The notes beneath the pieces were generated by a model. That model saw only the letters and a list, made by a program, of their open reading frames with translations, did not search any database and was not told the DNA's origin. A stretch of 64,000 nt of DNA from assembly GCA_963778115.1 (NCBI GenBank), contig CAVZSV010000004.1, positions 288,001 to 352,000 of the forward strand, written 5' to 3'. Shown here in pieces: positions 27,040-34,651 of the stretch; the stretch's first letter is position 1, and each line of letters begins with the position of its first letter. Origin of the DNA: an uncultured delta proteobacterium (GTDB lineage Bacteria; Bdellovibrionota; FAC87; UBA2466). A program made the translations under genes and the position numbers.

Positions 27040-28488
27040 CTAACCCACACTGCCTTCGAGACTGACGCCTAAGAGCTTTTGGGCTTCCACGGCGAACTCC
27101 ATCGGCAATTTCAAAAAAACCTCTTTGCAAAATCCATTGATAATCATAGAGACGGCATCTTCTTGAGAAATGCCTCTCTGCCGGCAATAAAACAGCTGAT
27201 CCTCTCCAATCTTTGACGTGGAAGCTTCATGCTCTACTTGAGAGGAGTTGTTCTTCACTTCGATATAAGGAAAAGTATGCGCTCCGCACTTGTCACCCAT
27301 CAGAAGAGAATCACACTGGGAATAGTTCCGGGAACCCGTGGCCCCTTTTTGGATCTTCACCAATCCGCGATAGGTATTTTGCCCTTTTCCCGCCGAAATC
27401 CCTTTGGAGACGATGGTACTCTTGGTGTTCTTTCCTAAATGAATCATTTTCGTCCCGGTATCAGCCTGCTGATAATGGTTGGTAAGGGCTACCGAGTAGA
27501 ACTCACCTACGGAATTATCACCTTGCAAGATTACACTCGGGTATTTCCACGTAATCGCAGATCCGGTCTCTACTTGAGTCCAAGAGATCTTAGAATTGAC
27601 TCCGCGGCACTTTCCGCGCTTGGTTACGAAATTATAGATTCCGCCCTTGCCCTCTTTATCGCCGGGATACCAGTTTTGCACGGTTGAGTATTTAATGGTG
27701 GCGTTGTCAGCGGCGATGAGCTCCACGACTGCCGCATGCAATTGATTTTCGTCTCGCATGGGAGCGGTACAGCCTTCCAAATAGCTAACATAACTATTTT
27801 CCTCGGCGACGATAAGAGTTCTTTCGAACTGTCCGGTGCCCGCCGCATTAATTCTAAAGTAGGTCGATAACTCGAGCGGACAATGCACGCCTTTGGGGAT
27901 GTAACAGAAAGAGCCATCACTAAAGACCGCTGCATTTAAAGCCGCGTAAAAGTTATCCGTATAAGGAACCACCGTTCCCAAATGCTTTCGGATAAGTTCC
28001 GGGTGATTTTTCACCGCTTCCGAAAAAGAGCAGAAGATAATGCCCATCTCGGCAAGCTTCTCTTTAAAAGTAGTCGCGACACTAACACTATCCACCACGG
28101 CATCCACAGCGATTCCGCTTAGCCGCTGCTGCTCGGCTAAAGAGATGCCCAGTTTATCGAACATCTTTCTCATTTCAGGATCGACTTCGTCCAAGCTCTT
28201 AGGGGCATCTTTCTTTTTCTTGGGAGCCGAATAGTAACTAATGTCTTGAAAATTTATTTTCGGATAGTGGACGTTTGGCCAGGTCGGCTCGGTTAGGGTA
28301 AGCCAGTGGCGGAACGCTTTTAGCCGTCCTTCCAGCATGAACTCAGGTTCGTTTTTCTTAGCCGATATTCCACGAATGATGTCCTCGGTTAGCCCAGGCG
28401 GAACGGTCTCCGCTTCAAAATCGGAAGTGAACCCGTACTTGTATTCCTGGTTCGCAATGTCTTCGATCGATGTAGTTTTTGGCTTCAT
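27040..28488 (-). CDS. sufB: Fe-S cluster assembly protein SufB
   Basis: [36 protein letters not shown] and LPMEFAVEA motifs. Confidence 0.98.
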   Translation of the reverse strand: MKPKTTSIEDIANQEYKYGFTSDFEAETVPPGLTEDIIRGISAKKNEPEFMLEGRLKAFRHWLTLTEPTWPNVHYPKINFQDISYYSAPKKKKDAPKSLDEVDPEMRKMFDKLGISLAEQQRLSGIAVDAVVDSVSVATTFKEKLAEMGIIFCSFSEAVKNHPELIRKHLGTVVPYTDNFYAALNAAVFSDGSFCYIPKGVHCPLELSTYFRINAAGTGQFERTLIVAEENSYVSYLEGCTAPMRDENQLHAAVVELIAADNATIKYSTVQNWYPGDKEGKGGIYNFVTKRGKCRGVNSKISWTQVETGSAITWKYPSVILQGDNSVGEFYSVALTNHYQQADTGTKMIHLGKNTKSTIVSKGISAGKGQNTYRGLVKIQKGATGSRNYSQCDSLLMGDKCGAHTFPYIEVKNNSSQVEHEASTSKIGEDQLFYCRQRGISQEDAVSMIINGFCKEVFLKLPMEFAVEAQKLLGVSLEGSVG

Positions 28489-28937
28489 GTTGTTTTTCCT
28501 GTCACCAAAGAAAATTTCTCTGGCCTTCTAGAGGTACTCACCATGTCAGCGAGAGTCAGATCTTCCAAAGCTTTCCGGACCACGACGTTAATCTTTAGCC
28601 AATGGGTTCGGGTGGGGCACACCGATTCCATGCCGCAAAGACTATCCTCGTGGGTGCAACACTCGGTCACGGCAATGGGCCCTTCGAGAGTGCTTATGAT
28701 TTCGGCAATCGAAATGGCTTTTGCCGGACGGGCCAAACGATAACCGCCTGAGACTCCCCGATGGGAGACCAATAGCTCTGCTCGTGAGAGCACTTTTAAG
28801 ATCTTACTCACCGTAGGAAGGGGAAGCTTTGCCGACTCGGAGAGCTCACGTGCGTTAAAAGCAGAGGTCTCCATCGCTTTGGCAAAGTGGGACAAAAGCA
28901 CAATCCCGTAGTCTGTCATTTTACCGATGCGAAGCAC
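28485..28937 (-). CDS. Rrf2-family SUF system regulator
   Basis: [25 protein letters not shown] and Cys cluster CC..C..C; first gene of the suf operon. Confidence 0.92.
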   Translation of the reverse strand: MLRIGKMTDYGIVLLSHFAKAMETSAFNARELSESAKLPLPTVSKILKVLSRAELLVSHRGVSGGYRLARPAKAISIAEIISTLEGPIAVTECCTHEDSLCGMESVCPTRTHWLKINVVVRKALEDLTLADMVSTSRRPEKFSLVTGKTT

Positions 28938-28956
28938 TGCTATTCCCCTCGGGTCG

Positions 28957-28983
28957 TAATTGGTACAAAAGCAGTACTATATT
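28957..28983. promoter_or_regulatory. Candidate Rrf2 operator TAATTGGTAC-N7-GTACTATATTA
   Basis: Imperfect palindrome about 20 bp upstream of the Rrf2 start codon. Confidence 0.55.
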
Positions 28984-29064
28984 AGGGAGAATCGCTCTTA
29001 AATCAACCGATTTCTTGGGGGATTAAGCAACGAGGGTTAAGAATAAGGGATTAATCCTGGATAG

Positions 29065-30264
29065 CTATAGCTCTATCCCGCCATCCGAAGCAGGAACGGG
29101 CTTTCCTGCAGGAGCCGCGGGAGCGACAGCCGGCGGGGCTGGCCGAACGGGCGCGGGTCCAATGGGACATTGAAAGCGACCTTTAGTAATTTTGATGGGG
29201 GGAGGAAAACTTCCCGGAGCAAGCGCCGGCTTTATTCGATAAAGTACTAATTCGTTAATACGGCCCGAAACCGTGTTTTCCGTCGGGTTCACTTCCAAGT
29301 CGGAAACCTCTAGACCGCAGGTGTCAGCATTTCTCGGCCCATTTTTCAAACCGTAGATTTTTTGATCGGCAGTGCCAATGCCGTTTTTGTAGTTCACCTC
29401 GGCACTGTATCCATCTTTCTGTAAGTCTCCGCCGTTCCCCACTAAAGTATAGTTGGGTCTTACCGCTCCTCGATTTTGGATAAAGATCGATAGACTGACT
29501 TTACTCTTGGGCCAGCTGAAACTTAGCGAGAGCGCTTCATCCCCCGTTTGAGGATTTTTTTGAAGTGAGCAGATCCACTTACCCGGATCCAACACGGTCA
29601 CTTTCTTATCCGCGTCTTTAATCTCCACATAAACGGGGGAAACTTTGGGGGGTGCCGGTCTGGGGGCAACCGCTGGCTTAGCGGGATCCGGGGGGGTACC
29701 GTCCGCAGGAGTCGTTCCGTCCGCCGGTTTGGTAGCACCCTGCGCCGCAGGCGAATCCTTGGCTTCGTCGTGAATTTTAATAGCCTTAGCTCGGCTCCGC
29801 ATCATCTCTAACAATCTCTGTTTGGCGATGGGATTGGAGATTGGCTCCCCTTGTGGAACTCGAGTTACTAAAGTCGAGTTAAGACTGAGCGGAATGCCCA
29901 CCACTTGGTTTCCGCAATTTTGAATAATCTGATCATACTGAGCCAAGCTTTGTTGCCCACCGGAAAGAAACTGACTGGCGGACATGCCTGTCCCTGGTTG
30001 CTGCACAGCTTGTACGGCACACTGGCAAATCTCTGACACTTTGTCGGGATCGACAGTGGGGTTATTGGTTTGAACTTCCTCGATGCATTGGCTCGTGGCT
30101 TCGGGAGCTACGTCGGACCAATAGACTTGAGGTCCCGTATTCGCACGCTCCGCGGCGGAACAGCCCACAAGTAGGGACAGGGAGAGTAAACTCATCGAAT
30201 AAACGAATGTAAAACTACGCAAATCCCACCTCACTGGCAACCACGGGCTAAAAGCGCCCTTCAT
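29065..30264 (-). CDS. Lipoprotein: Cys-rich N-domain, Pro/Ala linker, beta-rich C-domain
   Basis: Lipobox LLVGC; C...ICQCAV...C; PADG repeats. Start is uncertain (30264 or 30195). Confidence 0.7.
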   Translation of the reverse strand: MKGAFSPWLPVRWDLRSFTFVYSMSLLSLSLLVGCSAAERANTGPQVYWSDVAPEATSQCIEEVQTNNPTVDPDKVSEICQCAVQAVQQPGTGMSASQFLSGGQQSLAQYDQIIQNCGNQVVGIPLSLNSTLVTRVPQGEPISNPIAKQRLLEMMRSRAKAIKIHDEAKDSPAAQGATKPADGTTPADGTPPDPAKPAVAPRPAPPKVSPVYVEIKDADKKVTVLDPGKWICSLQKNPQTGDEALSLSFSWPKSKVSLSIFIQNRGAVRPNYTLVGNGGDLQKDGYSAEVNYKNGIGTADQKIYGLKNGPRNADTCGLEVSDLEVNPTENTVSGRINELVLYRIKPALAPGSFPPPIKITKGRFQCPIGPAPVRPAPPAVAPAAPAGKPVPASDGGIEL

Positions 30265-30281
30265 CGCCAACGGGGGATAAA

Positions 30282-30297
30282 AGCAATCGGTATGCCA
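30282..30297 (-). promoter_or_regulatory. Sigma-54 promoter TGGCAT-N5-TTGCT
   Basis: Minus strand TGGCATACCGATTGCT has exact GG-N10-GC spacing upstream of the lipoprotein. Confidence 0.75.
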
Positions 30298-30326
30298 CCG
30301 GAATAGGCTAAAGACCAATCCCAATG

Positions 30327-30396
30327 AGGCTAAAATCGCCGGGGCATGTGGCTATCGTGACCGCGTTCGTTAGTCGTTGTCTAACCGATAGCCAGA
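30327..30396 (+). repeat. 70-bp imperfect direct repeat, copy A
   Basis: Ungapped 51/70 match to 31821..31890 by hand count; identical blocks AGGCTAAAATCG and GGCTATCGTGACCG. Confidence 0.85.
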
Positions 30397-30504
30397 CTAA
30401 CGTGTCCTTGTCTTAAAGTTTGAGATCAAACAACACCGGTAGTTTACCTAACGGTGCCCCCCCCAGGCCATTGGGGGCATAATTTCAGTACAGAAATACA
30501 TTAA

Positions 30505-31410
30505 TTACCAACGCCACGTCCAATTATCGCTACTCACGAAAGATTGTTTCCTGTGAAGCATTCGATGATGGAAAGAGCACAGTGTTGTTAAGTTAGTAGA
30601 AGTGTGAAGCCCTCCAAGGCTAACTTCCTGTTTGTGATGCCGAGCTAACCACCTGCGCTCTGTACACCGCATTCCATCGGAACCGACATGGGTGCATTGA
30701 GCCCCTGTCTGTAGGCTTACGATGTGTCCGACTGGCCGTGGAATAGCGGTTCTCTTGCCATCTTTAATTGCCGGTCGCGCGACGGATAATTTTGGGGTTT
30801 TGCGGTTAAGAGCTCGCCCCGCTTTCTTTACGGGGTCATTTCTTTCTACGAAGGCTTCGAGGATGGTCTCGATTGCCTCTCCGGGCTTTACGTCTCTTTG
30901 TTTCTGAGAACTAAGTAGGTCAAGCGCCCGCTTAAGAAGCTCTTCGGCTTTGGGAGAAAGGGCACAGCGCAATTCAAAAAGGGATTCCGCAATTGGTTTC
31001 ACTGATTCTCTAACTAGGGTTTGGGGCTTCTCTTTAGCAATAGCGATTTCTAAGTCTCTTGTGGAAACGTTCTTTGCTTTCTCAATCCACTCCACTTGAT
31101 TTTCGACCTTAAGAACCTGAGTTAATTTTTTGGCGGCTGTTATCGAAATCTCATCTTTCTTGATAGCTTCCTTAGGAGCTGGGACCTTTGTGGCAAGTTG
31201 AGCGATGCGAATATAGGTGCAGGCTCTGTCTTGAGAAAGGCGAAGTCGTTTCGTGCAATAGGCATAGAGAGATTTAAGGTCATAGTCTTCATAGATCTTA
31301 AGACGCTCCACTAATTGCAAAGTCTCGATAAGTTCACTTTCTTTGCTCTGAACTTCCGAAGCGAGTCGAATGGCTTTTTGGTCGATTTCAGGGCGGGTGT
31401 AAAGTGTCAT
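30505..31410 (-). CDS. HNH endonuclease with DUF222-like N-terminus and RHH-like central domain
   Basis: C-terminal QCTH...RC...HH...GG...NLTTLCSFHH; N-terminal SLYAYC..RLRLS. GAGGAG RBS precedes the ATG at 31410; the ORF track starts it at 31449. Confidence 0.88.
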   Translation of the reverse strand: MTLYTRPEIDQKAIRLASEVQSKESELIETLQLVERLKIYEDYDLKSLYAYCTKRLRLSQDRACTYIRIAQLATKVPAPKEAIKKDEISITAAKKLTQVLKVENQVEWIEKAKNVSTRDLEIAIAKEKPQTLVRESVKPIAESLFELRCALSPKAEELLKRALDLLSSQKQRDVKPGEAIETILEAFVERNDPVKKAGRALNRKTPKLSVARPAIKDGKRTAIPRPVGHIVSLQTGAQCTHVGSDGMRCTERRWLARHHKQEVSLGGLHTSTNLTTLCSFHHRMLHRKQSFVSSDNWTWRW

Positions 31411-31753
31411 TTGATTGGAGGCTCCTCTCTCGTCGATAGATTTAAGCATTTGATACTCCGCGGCAGTGCTGTTTTCAATCGAAAAAGAGAGATAAATTGC
31501 GTTTTATCGACGATACCTTGAGGGAATCGAGTAGATGGTGCCGTCGCGCCGCTCATGAAAAGTTTGTACCTTCCGACGCTGGTGATTGAGTGACGATGTG
31601 AGGATGAACTGCGTGATGTAATTTGAAGCGGACCTTCCTAGAAGTCCCTGATTTCTTTTGCACGAGGTCGTTGTGTAGGCGGAGATATTATTTAATTCTT
31701 CTGTCGCTGGTATTCTTGTTTTTTTCTTTTTATATTTTCGGATCTCGGTTTGT

Positions 31754-31767
31754 CCGTCGCGCGACGG
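31754..31767. repeat. Perfect 14-bp palindrome CCGTCGCGCGACGG
   Basis: Read directly; a 13-nt copy lies inside the HNH gene at 30774..30786. Confidence 0.85.
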
Positions 31768-31820
31768 GTAGAGGGACTTTTTGTTTTTGGGTTTGGGGGC
31801 TTACGGTGCGGACTGCCTTA

Positions 31821-31890
31821 AGGCTAAAATCGTGGACGTCTGAGGCTATCGTGACCGTCTTCGGTTGCCATTGCCTATTCAGTAGACAGA
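31821..31890 (+). repeat. 70-bp imperfect direct repeat, copy B
   Basis: Aligns without gaps to 30327..30396. Confidence 0.85.
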
Positions 31891-31933
31891 GCGGTATTCG
31901 CCCTACCTCCAGATTTCCCTCAATAGAAGGCTC

Positions 31934-32278
31934 CTAGTGTTTGCGCTTGTGGTGGTGACGTTTCCCATGGTGTTTTCCTGACCTTGCCATCCGACGAGGC
32001 CGAGCCTTGGGTAGAAACGCATTGTTGGTGGTAGCGGTAATGACCTGGGTAGGCGCTGATACCGTAGTAGACGTAGAATCACTGGCAGCCCCAGTAGATC
32101 CTCCGCCACCTAGCCCCGGAGGTAACGTAACATTATTTAAATTTTCCGCTTGTGGGTAACCAGGAACCGGATTGGTGGTGATGGAATTTGCCGCTTTAAT
32201 GGCGGCAACTTTCTTGGTGCAACCGACAGCGATAACGACGGCGGCAAAGATAACGAATCCAAACTTAAGCAAACGCAT
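31934..32278 (-). CDS. Small lipoprotein with Thr/Ser-rich linker and basic His-rich tail
   Basis: MRLLKFGFVIFAAVVIAVGC lipobox; GGGGGA RBS; tail RPRRMARSGKHHGKRHHHKRKH. Confidence 0.75.
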   Translation of the reverse strand: MRLLKFGFVIFAAVVIAVGCTKKVAAIKAANSITTNPVPGYPQAENLNNVTLPPGLGGGGSTGAASDSTSTTVSAPTQVITATTNNAFLPKARPRRMARSGKHHGKRHHHKRKH

Positions 32279-32335
32279 GACTGCATCCCCCCTAAAGTCC
32301 GAACTGTTTGGGCAGCTCAGACAATAGATGGGAGA

Positions 32336-32351
32336 TGCAATCAAACTACCA
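32336..32351 (-). promoter_or_regulatory. Sigma-54-like promoter TGGTAG-N5-TTGCA
   Basis: GG-N10-GC spacing about 60 bp upstream of the lipoprotein start. Confidence 0.55.
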
Positions 32352-32456
32352 ATTTTTTTGTGCGTAACTTTCGCAAAGTAACCACTCTAGAGACGTTTTC
32401 TGTCACCGTCGTAACAAAGTTCGGCAGGGAACTTAACCAGAGATCCATAGAACTTA

Positions 32457-32585
32457 CTAACGATCGTGATTTAAAAGAGGCGGATCGCGATATTCGTCGT
32501 TAGCAGTATTTCGATGGTTGCCCGTTGAAGCACATGACACAACGAGCAAGGCAGCAAGCAAAAGCATGATGTTGAGCACTCTCAT
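32457..32585 (-). CDS. 42-aa small lipoprotein (not in ORF track)
   Basis: GGAGG RBS then MRVLNIMLLLAALLVVSCASTGNHRNTANDEYRDPPLLNHDR*; lipobox VVSC. Confidence 0.7.
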   Translation of the reverse strand: MRVLNIMLLLAALLVVSCASTGNHRNTANDEYRDPPLLNHDR

Positions 32586-32804
32586 ACTTAACCTCCCAAC
32601 ACGATAGTTAACTTATATTAACTATTTTAGAACAGCAAATTTTTCCTTTCAACACCGGGTGCGGCGTAAAAAATATACCTAGTGAAGGTTTTTTGCCGAG
32701 TAAGAATGACTCCCGTCACAAAACGAAAAACGAGCACGTCTTATAGATGAGAGCGGGTAGTAGGCAGACGGCAGACATAAAAGAATTAACATCGAGGAGA
32801 AAAA

Positions 32805-33035
32805 ATGCCTTTGGAGCTTCTTCTAAAACAGAGCTACCCCCTACTGATTTTATTAGGAGCTTTGTTTGCAGCCGTTTGCGTTAACGCACCGCTTCCAAAA
32901 CCCCCTGTAACCCCACGCTCCCTCCATGCTCACTCCCATTCTTATTCGCAGGTCTTTCGTATTTCCGATACTGACCGGCAAATGAGGATGGGAGTGAGCG
33001 GGACAAAACATTTAACAGACCGAAAATACATTTAA
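32805..33035 (+). CDS. Small membrane-anchored hypothetical protein
   Basis: GAGGAG RBS; N-terminal hydrophobic helix. Confidence 0.55.
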   Translation: MPLELLLKQSYPLLILLGALFAAVCVNAPLPKPPVTPRSLHAHSHSYSQVFRISDTDRQMRMGVSGTKHLTDRKYI

Positions 33036-33066
33036 GAAATCGATCGAAAAATGATATGGGCAATCA

Positions 33067-33261
33067 ATGGAAAGCGACAACACCGGTTCCCCTAGCGAAA
33101 ACACTCCGGTCGAACTCGTTGAGAATGAAGATTACTATACGGATGGTGAAGGACTCATGATCTTCACTTCAAAATTTCTACTCGCCCGAGGTTTCTGTTG
33201 CCACCAAGGATGTCGAAACTGTCCCTACCCGCCTCAAGAAATTCCACAATCAGAAAAGTAA
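33067..33261 (+). CDS. DUF5522-type small Cys-rich protein
   Basis: DYY..GLMIFT..LLARGFCCHQGCRNCPY. Confidence 0.85.
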   Translation: MESDNTGSPSENTPVELVENEDYYTDGEGLMIFTSKFLLARGFCCHQGCRNCPYPPQEIPQSEK

Positions 33262-33267
33262 TGTTCG

Positions 33268-33726
33268 CTAAGCGGCTTTCGACTTAACTTCCTCTTTCGC
33301 TTCGACAAAACGCCTCGCCAGAAGCTCTTGCTGCTCCATACTCACAGAGCGTCTGAGTTCCTCGAACATTTCATCTTCCTCCTCAGTCACGTGATCACGG
33401 ACCGTCTCTATGAGATTCAAAAGAGAATCATTCCATGCCGAATCCAAAGACGACAAATTATCCATCTCGCCTAAGAGAGTTTCGATGAGGTCATGGTCTC
33501 GTTCATAAATTTCGCAGAGCTCATGGGTAGCTTCGGAGTTGCGCAGTTCGGGATAAACCACTTGTATCTCCCCATGAGCATGGAGCCTCAACTCATGGCG
33601 GATTTTCAAATAGAGTTGCCGAATACTCCTCTCGTCGTCCGCTTCTTCAATGCGCTCAAACAGATCCGCCAAATATTCGTGGTCTCGACGCAAAAGGGTC
33701 AGAATAGTTTCCTTTGCCATAGTCAT
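33268..33726 (-). CDS. Hemerythrin (HHE) domain protein
   Basis: LLRRDH, LHAHGE..VYP, RDH and DHVTEEEDEMF motifs. Confidence 0.88.
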   Translation of the reverse strand: MTMAKETILTLLRRDHEYLADLFERIEEADDERSIRQLYLKIRHELRLHAHGEIQVVYPELRNSEATHELCEIYERDHDLIETLLGEMDNLSSLDSAWNDSLLNLIETVRDHVTEEEDEMFEELRRSVSMEQQELLARRFVEAKEEVKSKAA

Positions 33727-33840
33727 TCCTCCTTATGATGCCAAATCCCTCAATTGCCCTGCTTAACTGCACGCCCCGTCGCACTTTGCATTACAACGAC
33801 GCACCAGAACAAGAGCGAGCCTTCTTTATTAAGAAAGCTC

Positions 33841-33855
33841 GCAATCGACATGCCA
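33841..33855 (-). promoter_or_regulatory. Sigma-54 promoter TGGCAT-N5-TTGC
   Basis: Minus strand TGGCATGTCGATTGC upstream of the hemerythrin gene. Confidence 0.7.
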
Positions 33856-33870
33856 AATTATTGCGATTAG

Positions 33871-34539
33871 TTAAGGACGAGCTCGTACTTCGTAGGAGCG
33901 CTTAATCCGCTCAAACTGGCGTTTCCAAAGAGGCTCCTGAGAAAAGCATTGTTCTCTTCGATCCGCCAAGACTTTGGAATCGCCAAGATAGGCTTCATTC
34001 CAAAGGTCTTCGAACATGTGCTGTGTCGCCCCCATTGCCAACGAAGGAAAGGCACCGTCATCCACTTCGCCGTAGCCGACAATTAACAGTCGATTCCACA
34101 GCTGCTTTAGGTTTTTCGTATAGGTGGATTCCAGAAACTTCCCTTGAAGTCCCGCCGCCGCCTTGAGCTGCTTGGTAGATAACGGCGAGGTCTCTTCCAA
34201 AGCACCCAGGAGTTGAATAGCTTCCTTACCGAGTGCAACGGGAAGGGGCGCCTCCAAATTGAGTCCGCGTACGAAAGCCGCAAAAACCGGTTTTGAGAAA
34301 AACGTGGCCCTTCCTTGATACCACTTAACGTAGACTACCTTTCCCGAACGGGAGAGCTCTTCTCGTAAATGCCATAGATCGGCGACTCGCGAGTCACCCT
34401 CGTCATCCCACTCCCATCGCATTTTAGTCTTGGGAAAGAAGTGTCGCCAGAGAGAGAGAGGAGCTTTTTCGTTAGCCTTGGGAAATACCAGGCAGATACC
34501 CAAACGGTTGATGGCCGAGATCGCGGAACGAACATTCAT
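33871..34539 (-). CDS. AlkZ-related winged-helix protein
   Basis: GICLVFP..PLSLW, VVYVKWYQGRATFFS and a wHTH-like segment (PLSTKQLK). Confidence 0.6.
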   Translation of the reverse strand: MNVRSAISAINRLGICLVFPKANEKAPLSLWRHFFPKTKMRWEWDDEGDSRVADLWHLREELSRSGKVVYVKWYQGRATFFSKPVFAAFVRGLNLEAPLPVALGKEAIQLLGALEETSPLSTKQLKAAAGLQGKFLESTYTKNLKQLWNRLLIVGYGEVDDGAFPSLAMGATQHMFEDLWNEAYLGDSKVLADRREQCFSQEPLWKRQFERIKRSYEVRARP

Positions 34540-34651
34540 ATCGCCTTTTTACCATAGGAGCCGCCTGGGATCATGCCGGGAGCACAACCTGATTTCGTAT
34601 TTGATCCGAAGCGCCGATGGCGTTATATAGGTCTGCATCCCAGGGCAGGCC

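Noticed and set aside
30327..31890. CRISPR array, integron cassette or IS element
   Set aside because: Only two repeat copies, 1.5 kb apart; no attC core sites, terminal inverted repeats, cas genes, integrase or transposase.
31623..31937. 104-aa hydrophobic plus-strand ORF
   Set aside because: The hydrophobicity comes from T-rich leader DNA, and the ORF spans the palindrome and repeat copy B.
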